63,707 nucleotides of DNA, taken from Bdellovibrionota bacterium (lineage in GTDB: Bacteria > Bdellovibrionota_C > UBA2361 > JBGSMV01). Every line of letters starts with the position of its first letter. Position 1 is the first letter of the stretch. The stretch covers positions 1-63,707 of the forward strand of contig JBGSMV010000005.1 in the NCBI GenBank assembly GCA_041739995.1, given 5' to 3'. Shown here piece by piece: positions 8,695 through 18,740 of the stretch. Under the pieces are notes generated by a model. The model made no database searches and had not been told where the DNA came from. It saw nothing but the letters and a program-made list of their open reading frames with translations. The position numbers and the translations under genes were made by a program.

Positions 8695-9364
8695 TCTCGT
8701 TGATCTTCGGACGAGCGAGCCGCCACTTCATGCCAGATATATGAGCAGGGTGTTCACTGCCCAAGAACAAGAGGCGATTGGTGATGGCTTGCCAATGCTC
8801 TGGCTTCATTGGGCTGCTAAAGAGGCAGCGTATAAGGCTTTCAAGCGAATTGATTCGACGCTGTCTTTTGTGCCGCTTCGCTTAGAGTTTTCTAAGGACT
8901 CGACATGTGTAAGAGCGCCCAGTGGGGTGGCGCATTGTCGCTGGTTCATCAACGAAGAATTTCTCTATGTAGTGTGCGCTACGGATCGGCAGATCGTGGC
9001 TTCGTCGGCTATAAAGAATTGGGTAGGACAGCTCCAGAGCGAGGATACACTGGAGGAGTCCGCGACAATGTCGGTGGCGTCACGCCTCGTCAGAGAGTTG
9101 GCCTGCCAAGGTGCGGCGAAAGAGCTTGGAGTCCCACAGGATAGTCTTAGTATCAAATCTGGGGGCGTGCCCGAGCAAGTAAGTGGGCAATCAGGTGAGC
9201 AGAAGGGCGCCGCTCCGCAACTGTTCGTGAATGAGAGAAGGTCAAACCATTTATTGTCTTTTTCGCACCATGGGCGTTTCGCTATCTGTTCGTTTTTAGA
9301 GCAAACAGCGGGAAAAGCTCCATCTACGCGAGCCTCTGAAGCATTTTCGCCAAATGCGCCCTAG
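8669..9364 (+). CDS. 4'-phosphopantetheinyl transferase
   Basis: IGNDLVDL, WAAKEAAYKA, SFSHHG; start uncertain (8660 or 8669). Confidence 0.88.
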   Translation: MRPLSIGNDLVDLRTSEPPLHARYMSRVFTAQEQEAIGDGLPMLWLHWAAKEAAYKAFKRIDSTLSFVPLRLEFSKDSTCVRAPSGVAHCRWFINEEFLYVVCATDRQIVASSAIKNWVGQLQSEDTLEESATMSVASRLVRELACQGAAKELGVPQDSLSIKSGGVPEQVSGQSGEQKGAAPQLFVNERRSNHLLSFSHHGRFAICSFLEQTAGKAPSTRASEAFSPNAP

Positions 9365-9411
9365 CTTTGAGCTGCCTTGAATTACAAGTATCGGGGAGGA
9401 GGTGGGTCTGA

Positions 9412-9765
9412 CTACTTACGAATCCACTGGCCGCCTGGTAGCTGAACGAAGTTGCCAGCCTGGGTATTCTCAATGGCCTTCTTCCCCGCAAGTTGTTCCA
9501 CCGTGGAAAGCGGAGTTCCATTCTCTGTAGCAATAGATTGATATTTTTCCTTCCGCTGACGATTGATGTCCTTTTGCAGCTTCAACGCCTCTACGTCGGT
9601 AGTGGGGGGTACGACGCCAAGGTACCCCGAAGTGGTCTCGCCGAGCGCGCCGCTTGATTTCGCCTGATCGAGGGTGAGGGCGTACGCAGAGATGGGCATT
9701 GCTATCGAAAAAAGAGTCATGACGAAGAAGGCTAAGAACCCTTTAGGAAAACGAAACGAAGTCAT
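9412..9765 (-). CDS. ydbL: YdbL family protein
   Basis: Signal peptide, LDQAKSSGALGE..GYLG, IN..R...Y..IA..NG, G.W..K; synteny with ynbE and ydbH. Confidence 0.9.
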   Translation of the reverse strand: MTSFRFPKGFLAFFVMTLFSIAMPISAYALTLDQAKSSGALGETTSGYLGVVPPTTDVEALKLQKDINRQRKEKYQSIATENGTPLSTVEQLAGKKAIENTQAGNFVQLPGGQWIRK

Positions 9766-9797
9766 CGGGCATTCTCCAATTAAATAAGCACGAGCAG

Positions 9798-10004
9798 CTA
9801 AAACAATTCGCTTTTCTCAGAAAGAACCTGATCCAGATCCTTCTCAACTTTCACTCGCACTTCGTGGTCAATTTTTACATTTAGATTTATTGTAATCGGC
9901 TTATCCGGGACTTCTACGGCGACGCGAGGAGAACACCCTGTGGTAGCGGTGATTAGAAGCAGGGCTGACCCTAAGAGAAGTAGCGGACCAGAGCGTTTCG
10001 CCAT
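9798..10004 (-). CDS. ynbE: YnbE family lipoprotein
   Basis: Lipobox TTGC, PDKPITINLNVKIDHEVRVKVEKDLD...ELF. Confidence 0.92.
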   Translation of the reverse strand: MAKRSGPLLLLGSALLLITATTGCSPRVAVEVPDKPITINLNVKIDHEVRVKVEKDLDQVLSEKSELF

Positions 10005-10181
10005 AATAATTCTCGTTAGAAGAAAAACTCAAAAGGCCTCAAAAGGCAGAGAGATCGTATTCTCTCCAACCAATGACATTTAGAGCTACGCTCACCGTCT
10101 GCCGTGCTCCTCGGGTTCTGTGCTCTTTGACTATAGTACACAGGATTACGAGCGCCATATCATCCGCAAGCCAACCAAAGG

Positions 10182-12293
10182 CTAACGTCCTTTTCCTATC
10201 TCGCGCGTAACCTCCGTTACGGCCGCTTGTCCTACCCGCAAGCTCTTCAGCAGGGAGGGAACATTCTCTTCCACTTCAAGATTGACGTTAACCTGCTGTC
10301 CTTTATTCACTGCTGGGTTCATACCGGACGCCGATACTTGAGCCAGTAGGGACCCTTCAGGATTCAGAGTGACTTTTGCTTGCAGTGAGCTGAAGCGATA
10401 GTCCCGCAGAACGGAATATACAAGCTCGAGGCCAGGAGGAGCACTTCCGACCGAAGCGCTTGGCTGATACCTGATCCACCCTCCCTTACCTGTAGATCTG
10501 AAGGAAGCCTCCGAGACGGTAGCCCCTGTTGAGCACCACTTGACAGGGATATGGCCCTCCAGCTCGCCTTCTGCCTGTAGGCTTTGACTCCCATAGAGTG
10601 CCGCTATCTGGGAAAGTTGCACACCACTTACAACGAAAAGTGACTCGGTGCACTCCTTCGCCGTGGTGGACATTTTGAACACTGAACTTCTGAAGGTGCC
10701 ACCAAGGAGGCGTCCGCTAAAGTCGCGGATTCTAAGATCGAGTGTTTCACTATCCAGGCCGAGACTTGGAGTTCCTGTGAGGTCTGAAATTAGAATGCCT
10801 GAATTAAGTTCCTCTAGGCGCAGCGGTCCCGAAGAAGTTGCAGAAATATCAAGGGGCGTCGTCGAGGCCACCACTACGTTAAGGCGGTGCGCGTGGACAC
10901 CAGAGAAGGCGAATGCATCTTGCGACCCAGATACGTTATCAATTGATACATGAAGAGCTCCCGTGATGCCTTTCGATCCGTGCGAGCCGGAGCCCGTGAG
11001 CTGAAGATTTCCGCTATGAATTTCGACTGCATCGGGAAATAACTTACTGAGCAAGCTAAGCTCGCTCTTCAACGAGAGTAGATCGCAGCGAAGCTGAGGA
11101 TTCAAGAAGCATTGAGCAGAAAGTTTGAAACTGTAGGCCTTATTTGTAGCTTCAAAAAAGACATTCTCATCTCCAAGCTGCAACTTTGCACTTAAGTCGA
11201 ATTCGAGCGCTTGCTTAGATGCGGGAGATTTAACTATCAATTCAGTGGTGAGTAGCGCGGGAGTCTCCCGCAGGTCTCCCGCACTCATGGATAATAAGAT
11301 ATTGCTAAGAGAAGTCCGCCAGCCTGGTGTCGGTAGGGTCAGTTCGTTCATGCTTATGCGAAGAGGTGTTTGCAAAAGAAGCGAACGGTCTTTTTCCTGA
11401 AACTGCACTGGTTCCAGGAGATGTCCGCGCAGAATCAACTCGTCAGAGAGAGCATACTCGCCGCTGAGTTTTAAAATCTGGAATTGTCCGCTAGAGGTAA
11501 CGGAGCCTGAGAATTCAGCCGATCTGAGAGGAATCGGTAGCGTGGAGAGCCCCGCCGTTGTGTGAAAAGTCGATGAAACTAGAATGTCGGGTTTGTCCGA
11601 AGCGGTACTAGCTTGTCTTAAGATGAGGTCAGCGAGAAGCCCGTTTGAGTCGGTGAGCGACAGCTCGACTCCTTTTTCTCTTGTGAACTCAATGGCGAGC
11701 TGGAAAGGCGAGTTGGCTACCAGCAGATCGCCCTCAAAGTGCAAATTACCAGCATTCGAAACAACGCCTTTTAGAATAATGTCACTACCGAAATGAAGTT
11801 CGAGCTGTTTCACCTCGATGGAGTCGAGTGGCAGCTCGGCGGAGGTTAGTTGGTGAAGAAAAGAATAAATATTTTGGTTCTCAAGAACGGATGGGAAGAG
11901 AGACTTGTTTTCAGATGCACTTGGCAGGCCCACCATAGATACTGAGATTCGGTCAGCGGAAAATCGCTGAAAGTGGCCCATCAATAAGTCCAAGAGGCTC
12001 CAACTTAATTGAGGAGCGATCAGTTTAATCGACAAAGTTTCATTCCTAAGGACAAGCTCGTTAATCGAGATATCGTGGGAACCTGCCGAGGTAAATTCGA
12101 TGCGCTCGACAGAGAAGCCTGAGCGCTCGAGTGCGAATTTAGCAAGCAGAGAGGCAACATTCGTCCGATACCAAAAGAGAGTGCTAAGAGCAGCGACGAA
12201 CAAAAACACAAGCAGTGCTGCGATGGGTAGTCGAGATTTCGGTTTTGGGTCGTCAGAGGCTCCATTCATGAGATGAGGATTGCCTTTTACCAA
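10182..12293 (-). CDS. ydbH: YdbH-family intermembrane lipid-transport protein (AsmA-like)
   Basis: N-terminal TM anchor, beta-rich body, C-terminal G.NP....GQQVNVNL.VEENVPSLLKSLR; upstream of ynbE-ydbL; start may be 12269. Confidence 0.8.
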   Translation of the reverse strand: MVKGNPHLMNGASDDPKPKSRLPIAALLVFLFVAALSTLFWYRTNVASLLAKFALERSGFSVERIEFTSAGSHDISINELVLRNETLSIKLIAPQLSWSLLDLLMGHFQRFSADRISVSMVGLPSASENKSLFPSVLENQNIYSFLHQLTSAELPLDSIEVKQLELHFGSDIILKGVVSNAGNLHFEGDLLVANSPFQLAIEFTREKGVELSLTDSNGLLADLILRQASTASDKPDILVSSTFHTTAGLSTLPIPLRSAEFSGSVTSSGQFQILKLSGEYALSDELILRGHLLEPVQFQEKDRSLLLQTPLRISMNELTLPTPGWRTSLSNILLSMSAGDLRETPALLTTELIVKSPASKQALEFDLSAKLQLGDENVFFEATNKAYSFKLSAQCFLNPQLRCDLLSLKSELSLLSKLFPDAVEIHSGNLQLTGSGSHGSKGITGALHVSIDNVSGSQDAFAFSGVHAHRLNVVVASTTPLDISATSSGPLRLEELNSGILISDLTGTPSLGLDSETLDLRIRDFSGRLLGGTFRSSVFKMSTTAKECTESLFVVSGVQLSQIAALYGSQSLQAEGELEGHIPVKWCSTGATVSEASFRSTGKGGWIRYQPSASVGSAPPGLELVYSVLRDYRFSSLQAKVTLNPEGSLLAQVSASGMNPAVNKGQQVNVNLEVEENVPSLLKSLRVGQAAVTEVTREIGKGR

Positions 12294-12417
12294 TATGAGC
12301 GAAAGTCAAAGGCAGTAATCTAAGCGAGTAACGTCTCTGGACCCGCCTGGGTAAACGATTCCCCTCGGTCACGCCCTCAATTTCTACGCGTTTCAGCGGC
12401 TTCTGATGGGAAAGTAA

Positions 12418-13242
12418 TTATTTAGCAGGATTTCCCCAAAGGACCGCGAATGCAAGTTGCGCTTCACGATAGGGTACTTGATCTGCGCCCTCCTTTTCGA
12501 GGAGTGCGGGGGGATATCCTGGTAAAACCTCTTGTACCACCACCTGGTTTCCTTCGACTGAGAAATACATGCGCCAAGCCCCACAACCCATGCGAAATAT
12601 CCCACCGGCTCTCTTGGTGATGCGCCTGGTGCGATGCGGTGTTGGGTCTCGTTCAAGAATTTCACGAGCACGAGGGAAAAATTCGATGCCCCAGTGTTCT
12701 TTCAGCCACTGGAGCTGTCGTTCCGCATGTGGCTTGAGCTCAACTTCAAACTGCTTTGGAGTGGCCTGCAATGATTCGACTTCTTGCAGCCATCCGAGCT
12801 CTGAACCAGGAAATGCATCCGCTTTAGGAAGATATGGCTTAATATCTAAAATTGGAGTTCCTTCGACCAGGTCATTGCTTCCTACGACGAGCGACAAGCC
12901 CGAGACGCTATGTAGACTTACCGCGGTTAATCCGATCGGGTTAGGTCTATGCGGAGAACGCGTGGAGAAGACCCCGCGACGTTTGCGGTTCCCTCTAGGA
13001 GGCAGAACCATGGGGCGCCAGGATTTGTTGCGATGGAACCACCATACCAGCCAGATGCGCTCGAACCCGGCGAGGTCCGATAGTGCGCGCTCGAATCCGT
13101 GTCCCGGTAGTAACTCCACCACAGAGCGTTCTTCGACGTGCAGTTCTGGTTGATGAGGTGCCTGAAACTTGACGTCTCGCCCAGTACGAATGAACCCGAT
13201 CGGCGAGAGTGTTAATGGCAGGTCATCAGGAGAGGTGTCCAT
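12418..13242 (-). CDS. trmO: tRNA m6t6A37 methyltransferase TrmO/TsaA
   Basis: PIGFI, GVFSTRSPHRPNPIGLT, DLVEGTPILDIKPY. Confidence 0.93.
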   Translation of the reverse strand: MDTSPDDLPLTLSPIGFIRTGRDVKFQAPHQPELHVEERSVVELLPGHGFERALSDLAGFERIWLVWWFHRNKSWRPMVLPPRGNRKRRGVFSTRSPHRPNPIGLTAVSLHSVSGLSLVVGSNDLVEGTPILDIKPYLPKADAFPGSELGWLQEVESLQATPKQFEVELKPHAERQLQWLKEHWGIEFFPRAREILERDPTPHRTRRITKRAGGIFRMGCGAWRMYFSVEGNQVVVQEVLPGYPPALLEKEGADQVPYREAQLAFAVLWGNPAK

Positions 13243-13420
13243 AAATGCATGTTACTCGGGAGTGCGCGAAGATCTTCGGCGTTTCAGAACCCGGTCTCCT
13301 GCGCTACTGAAATTCTTGCTGCTCTTCGAACGTGAGAAGCTTCTCGGAACCAAAACTGCATTAATTGCGCCAATTTAAGGAGAGATACTTATTCTTTCAC
13401 GAGAAGTCCATCGATGCTGA

Positions 13421-14338
13421 CTAGGGTTCAGATTTGCCCGGCGACTTGCCCAGATCGTCTATAATTCCCTTAGAGAGCGCTTTAACGAAGCTCCGTACGG
13501 AGAGGACTCCTTGTAAATTCTCATTGGAATTCACAATCGGAAGGTGACGGTACTTCCCCTCGGAGAAGGCACTGAATGCGAGCGCAATCGAGCTGCCTTC
13601 AAGGACTGTTTTCGGCTGAGGAGTCATGACGGCATCAAGCGTAGTGCTCTTAGGATCAAGCTGCTTGGCTGCCACGCGTTGAACATAGTCTCGTTCAGTA
13701 AATATTCCGATCACTTTACCCGGTTGGTCACAGACTACCAAGCTGCCGATATGGTGAGCGTCCATCTTTGCGAGGCCGTCAGCGACCGTGGTAGCCGGCG
13801 CTACGCTGATGGCGGGATCGGGTTTGAGCTTTGAGATCGGGTCGTGAAAGAACTCCGCTAAGGCAGAGGGGTCTACAAGTTCGTCTTCCTTCGAGCTAAT
13901 GGCAGGTGCGGCGATTTTTGAGTAAATCAAATCTACAAGGTCTCGTACGGAAAGCATCAGGGTGCGTTGGGGGGGACGAGAGATGATGGGGATATGCCTA
14001 AATTGCCCGACCGCCATGAAATAGAGAGCGCGTCCCAGGCTTGCATAATCAGGGAGCGTCTTGGGGTCTGCTGACATGGCGCTGCTTGCAGTGGCTTCAG
14101 ATAAGTCCCGCCCTTGAGCGTATGCGCGTCTTACAATATCGCGCTCACTCAAGATTCCGACTAGCGTTCCCTCAGCATTGACCACCGTAAGGCAGCCCAC
14201 ATTTTCGAAGGCGAGTTGCTGCACTACCTTGTCGAGAGCCAGGTCAGGAGTTATGGAGACCGCCTCGCGTAAGGGGAGCCCTCCAATTTTTCGATCGATA
14301 AAATGCCGCTGGAGAAAAGTCTGTGCTTTGGTCGACAT
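13421..14338 (-). CDS. CBS-domain protein (two CBS pairs)
   Basis: Duplicated GILSERD / GIFTERD and FRHIPI / YRHLPI motifs. Confidence 0.88.
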   Translation of the reverse strand: MSTKAQTFLQRHFIDRKIGGLPLREAVSITPDLALDKVVQQLAFENVGCLTVVNAEGTLVGILSERDIVRRAYAQGRDLSEATASSAMSADPKTLPDYASLGRALYFMAVGQFRHIPIISRPPQRTLMLSVRDLVDLIYSKIAAPAISSKEDELVDPSALAEFFHDPISKLKPDPAISVAPATTVADGLAKMDAHHIGSLVVCDQPGKVIGIFTERDYVQRVAAKQLDPKSTTLDAVMTPQPKTVLEGSSIALAFSAFSEGKYRHLPIVNSNENLQGVLSVRSFVKALSKGIIDDLGKSPGKSEP

Positions 14339-14611
14339 GGCGTAACTTTATCCCTTCATCTCAGGGTGCGGGAAGCCCTAACTCACTTTCAGGCTTATTT
14401 TGTTTGGAGTTTAGCTCATTCTCGCTGACCAGGGTGAAAGCGGAAGTGAAAAGTGCTTGTGTTACCATTTGCAAGAGGCCTGTGGGGGTTAGTAGCTAGT
14501 GCCACGGGCTTCAGGTAATATGGTGCCGGCCCCTCTGAATGGAAGTCAAACCTCCCTGGCCAGAACTTAGGGAGCAAAGCACTAATAATCTCCTCAAATA
14601 AGGCGTGAGTA

Positions 14612-15808
14612 GTGGAACAATCTGAACCCAGTTTAGTCGATGTCGATGTGGAAACACCTCTGCATCCTAACTTCTCAGCGCTCGGCCTCGCGTCAGGGTT
14701 GCTTCCGGCTCTTGAGAAGCAGGGCGTGAGTGTCCCGACCGCCATCCAATCCGTGGGCATACCCGTAATTTTGGACTCGAAGAGTGTGTATCTTCAGTCC
14801 GAGACGGGTTCGGGAAAGACACTGGCCTACCTGCTTCCCTTGTTTACTCGAATCGACGCAGCGTTGCCTGCGGTGCAGGCAGTGATCGTTGCGCCCACGC
14901 ATGAACTCGCCATTCAGATTCACCACCAATGCACAGATCTGGCCCAGCAGTCTGGAATAGCGCTGCGATCTTTGCTTCTGATTGGAGGAACCCCCAAAGA
15001 TCGTCAAATAGAAAAACTAAAGAAAAAGCCTCACATCGTGGTGGGATCTCCGGGGCGAATACTGGAACTCATCAAGGCCGGCAAGCTCAAAGCGCATAAG
15101 ATCTTAAGCATTGTGCTGGATGAAGCCGATCGAGTGTTGATGGATGAACATGGTCCCGATGTTCTTGGAATCATCAAAGCAGCACCCGGTTCGAGGCAGC
15201 TTATCTTCGCCTCAGCGACGCAGCGCCACGAGAGTCGTGAGATTATTGAGAAGTTGGCACCGCAGTTGGTTATGCTCAACCCAAGCCCCGATCTTATCAA
15301 TCAGAATATCGAACATTTCTATATAGTGTGTGAAGAACGCGAGAAGCCAGACGTACTTCGAAGTGTTTTGCACGCATTCAAGGCCGAAAGAGCGATGATC
15401 TTTGTGCATCGCAATGAAACAGCAGAAAAAATTACGGACAAGCTTCTGCATCACAAATTTCCTTCGGCTGACCTTCATGGTGCAAATTACAAAGAGGATC
15501 GTAAGCGCGCGATGGACGGTTTTAGAAGTGGAAAGATAAAGGCGCTGATTTCTTCTGATGTGGGCGCTCGAGGCTTGGATGTGAAGGGCGTCACGCATGT
15601 CATAAATTTCGACGTCCCCACAGAGAGTAAAGCGTACTTACATCGAGTAGGCCGAACTGCTCGTGCAGGGGCGACTGGCATTGCTATCTCCTTACTCACC
15701 GATTCACAAGGTCGGCTTGTGCGAAGATTTGAAGAAGAGCTTGGTATCGCAATGCGAGAATTCTGTATGCGCCACGGTGAAGTGATGGAAGTGAAACGCG
15801 AGCAATGA
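14612..15808 (+). CDS. DEAD-box RNA helicase
   Basis: PTAIQ, ETGSGKT, PTHELA, SPGR, DEAD, SAT, ARGLD, HRVGRTAR. Confidence 0.95.
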   Translation: MEQSEPSLVDVDVETPLHPNFSALGLASGLLPALEKQGVSVPTAIQSVGIPVILDSKSVYLQSETGSGKTLAYLLPLFTRIDAALPAVQAVIVAPTHELAIQIHHQCTDLAQQSGIALRSLLLIGGTPKDRQIEKLKKKPHIVVGSPGRILELIKAGKLKAHKILSIVLDEADRVLMDEHGPDVLGIIKAAPGSRQLIFASATQRHESREIIEKLAPQLVMLNPSPDLINQNIEHFYIVCEEREKPDVLRSVLHAFKAERAMIFVHRNETAEKITDKLLHHKFPSADLHGANYKEDRKRAMDGFRSGKIKALISSDVGARGLDVKGVTHVINFDVPTESKAYLHRVGRTARAGATGIAISLLTDSQGRLVRRFEEELGIAMREFCMRHGEVMEVKREQ

Positions 15809-15833
15809 AGACAAGGTCAGTGAGGCCGGCGCA

Positions 15834-16535
15834 GTGAAGCAAACCGTAGTGGTGATTTCCGGCGCTGGCATGAGCGCAGAAAGCGGCTTGCGAACTTTTC
15901 GCGATTCCGATGGTTTGTGGGAAGGGCACCGTGTTGAGGATGTCGCGACGCCACAGGCTTGGCAGCGTAACCCTAAGCTGGTGCTCGAATTCTATAATCA
16001 GCGTAGATCGGCGCTCGCCAAAGCGGTGCCGAACCAGGGCCATCTTTCTCTGGTGGAATTAGAAGCAGCTTTCAATGTTGAGATTGTCACTCAAAACGTA
16101 GACGACTTGCATGAGAGAGCAGGCTCGTCGCAGGTGCTTCACCTTCATGGTGAGCTCACTAAGGCACGCAGTCTCATCGATGAGTCCTATGTTCAATATA
16201 TCGGGTACGTGCCGATTGAGTGGGGGCAGATGTGCCCTGCGGGTGGACAGCTACGGCCCCATATTGTCTGGTTTGGTGAAGCGGTGCCCGCAATGGACCG
16301 GGCCGTTGAAGTCGTGTCGCGTGCAGACATTGTCCTCGTGATTGGCACCTCGCTGGTAGTGTACCCTGCGGCGGGGCTCGTCAGTGGTGTGCGAACAGGG
16401 GTACCGATTTATGTGATAGACCCGCGGCGTCCTTCGGTGGAGCGCACCGCGCTGGTGCAATTCATTGAAAAGCCCGCCACCGAAGGCGTCCCAGAAGTGG
16501 CGGCTTTATTACTTAAGCAAGCAGGACGGAAATAG
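15834..16535 (+). CDS. cobB: NAD-dependent protein deacylase (sirtuin)
   Basis: GAGMSAESG, TQNVDDLHERAG, HLHG, LRPHIVWFGE, GTSLVVYPAA. Confidence 0.93.
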   Translation: MKQTVVVISGAGMSAESGLRTFRDSDGLWEGHRVEDVATPQAWQRNPKLVLEFYNQRRSALAKAVPNQGHLSLVELEAAFNVEIVTQNVDDLHERAGSSQVLHLHGELTKARSLIDESYVQYIGYVPIEWGQMCPAGGQLRPHIVWFGEAVPAMDRAVEVVSRADIVLVIGTSLVVYPAAGLVSGVRTGVPIYVIDPRRPSVERTALVQFIEKPATEGVPEVAALLLKQAGRK

Positions 16536-16649
16536 CCCCGACAAATCGGCACTATGCGTATCGGTGCGTCGAAATGATTGTATCTAGAAATGACGGTATC
16601 TCTAAATGATTGCGTCTAGTTCGTGTGAGACGGGGTCACTTCGAGCCAA

Positions 16650-17036
16650 TTACCAGGTGACCACAAGTTCATTCATGACGGCGGACGCGGCCCCTGACGC
16701 CGGCTTCGCTCGCCAGCCTAGAGTGCACAGCGAGCAGAGCTTATGCATGGCAGACTCGAGGGCAGCTTTTTCTTCAAATTGTGTGGGAGAAAGATCTCGC
16801 GTCGGCATCTCGGCAAGAACTAACTCAGAGAGTCCTTGAGCCTTCGCATTTCGAATCTGATCAGAAAACTGGGTAGCAAGTGAGGCGGCTCTTGCGGAAA
16901 TGCGATCGGCTCTCTCCATTACAGAGCGGTCGGCATTAGGTCGAGGAATGGCAAGGTTGAGATCTGGATGGGAAGACGTTTCATCCATGTTTGTGTGGGC
17001 TGTTCGTCGAGGCCGTGGGGAGAGATTCGGGTGCAT
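16650..17036 (-). CDS. Hypothetical protein
   Basis: ORF with TAGGAG RBS before MHPNLS; no family recognised. Confidence 0.5.
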   Translation of the reverse strand: MHPNLSPRPRRTAHTNMDETSSHPDLNLAIPRPNADRSVMERADRISARAASLATQFSDQIRNAKAQGLSELVLAEMPTRDLSPTQFEEKAALESAMHKLCSLCTLGWRAKPASGAASAVMNELVVTW

Positions 17037-17242
17037 GTTCATGACTCCTAAAGAGTCGATATTACATGAAAGCTTCAGCCTAGAGTACGGGGTCGAGGTC
17101 TTTTTTCTCTGAAAATCTGGCATAAGTTGGCCAGGGAACAGGAGGATCGTGTCTGCTTGACGATGCGCTTTTTTCTGTGGTGTCCTGGATGCCGACGGCA
17201 AGCATCTGACGCGTCAGAGTGCTCATACGGAGAAGGACAGAT

Positions 17243-17803
17243 ATGCGAGGCGATAAAATCAAAAAGTTCAAAGCACTTGCAGGGCAGCAATGTGCAGGTG
17301 GCCTTGAGATGGGAGACGAGGCTCGGCGGAAACTAGGGGCTCAGCTTTTGCTCTCAGAAGTCCTCGAGTATGTAATTCATGGACTCGGTGTGGAGCCGGA
17401 AGTAAACGGTATGCGTATCACCGCGCCGGATGAGTTGGCGTATCACGCAACCAGTGCGCCCGACGCAACCGAGATGGTAGATGGCATCGCAGATGTTGCC
17501 TACACGATGTATTGGAATGCGCTCGCGTTTGGTCTGCCAATCGAAGAAGCATTCGAATTGGTCTGCGACAATAATCTTGAAAAGTTTGTGTCTCTTGGTG
17601 AGTGGGCTTCCGGAAAAAGTTCGTTGGACGTTTCTGAGTGGGACTGTAAAAAAGGAATCGCTTGGCCGCCCGAGGTTGTGCGGGTCGACGTCGTTGGATT
17701 CGAAAAGGAATTTTTTGCCGTGGGGAAGGATGCGCGCGGCAAGGTGAGAAAGCCGTCTTCTTACCAGAGCGTTGATCTAGCCCCTTTGGTTGCCAATAGC
17801 TGA
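17243..17803 (+). CDS. MazG-like all-alpha NTP pyrophosphohydrolase
   Basis: SEVLEY...EMVDGIADVAY, AFELVCDNNLEK, GKVRKPSSY; AAGGA RBS. Confidence 0.7.
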   Translation: MRGDKIKKFKALAGQQCAGGLEMGDEARRKLGAQLLLSEVLEYVIHGLGVEPEVNGMRITAPDELAYHATSAPDATEMVDGIADVAYTMYWNALAFGLPIEEAFELVCDNNLEKFVSLGEWASGKSSLDVSEWDCKKGIAWPPEVVRVDVVGFEKEFFAVGKDARGKVRKPSSYQSVDLAPLVANS

Positions 17804-18028
17804 CACAAGGGGTTTCAAGGCTCTAGTGCCATTATTGGGCTCCTAAGCGGCTCAGATTCTACAGAATCACCGTTCCGTGATTCCTTACGGTTCCGAGGGA
17901 ACTTGTAGGTTAGCGGTCGCCTCGATGTTACAATCGTTGAAGAGGCAGCGCTCTTTCAATCCAGGTGCTGCTGGGTGTTTACGGGTGGTGTGCTCTTAAA
18001 CAAGCCGGTCAACAAGCAAGGTGATCCC

Positions 18029-18721
18029 ATGGCAGCACCCTCCGAGCGCATCTCCAATTCTGCAGATCGAAAAACCTCACAGGTGGATCACGCTCGTCCT
18101 GGACGCGAAGCAGTCGCCGTCGAGCTTGACCAGGACACGTTCAGATTTCGTAGCAGCCCAGTAGCATTCTTAACTCAAGGTTTTCGTTTAACCACTGGCG
18201 CGCCGACTGGCGTTGCGGAGATCCACAATACTCCTGCCGTTTTAAGAGGTGTAGTTGAGCAAATCAGAGATCTTGCGCGTCGCGTCACCGCGGGCGAAGT
18301 GAGCACAGCGGAAAGACGCTCGACTTTGATGGATGCACCAGCTTTCCTTTCACGCCAAGATATTGAACCCGTGCTTGCAGGGCAGGCGAACGACTACATA
18401 ATTGAGGCCAGGGTTTCCCGCGTACAAGTCGAAGATCTTGTCAAAGGACTGCGGACCCTTGGCTATGATGCGGTGGGACTTGAAATGCCAGACAGGAACT
18501 CTGAGGGTAGTGACACTGCAGGTAACTCGAGGTCAATTCCATATTCTCTGCTTGCGATTCGCAATGGGTTTTGTGGGCTCGATCATCTGAGAGATGCCCT
18601 CGAGGTACTTAGAATGCCCGCGGTATCCCTGGATACTCCGCATCGAGAGACGATGCCGGAGGCCGCTCATGCGGAAGTTCCATTACCTGCGGCAGGGAAA
18701 ATTTCTGCTGGCTCCACATAA
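18029..18721 (+). CDS. Hypothetical protein
   Basis: Long ORF filling the gap, AAGGTG RBS; no family recognised. Confidence 0.6.
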   Translation: MAAPSERISNSADRKTSQVDHARPGREAVAVELDQDTFRFRSSPVAFLTQGFRLTTGAPTGVAEIHNTPAVLRGVVEQIRDLARRVTAGEVSTAERRSTLMDAPAFLSRQDIEPVLAGQANDYIIEARVSRVQVEDLVKGLRTLGYDAVGLEMPDRNSEGSDTAGNSRSIPYSLLAIRNGFCGLDHLRDALEVLRMPAVSLDTPHRETMPEAAHAEVPLPAAGKISAGST

Positions 18722-18740
18722 GCCAGGGCCTAAAAAGAGA

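Noticed and set aside
14612..16535. Helicase plus Sir2 as an anti-phage system
   Set aside because: The sirtuin is a short canonical CobB and the helicase an ordinary DEAD-box protein; no HerA, TIR or Argonaute partner
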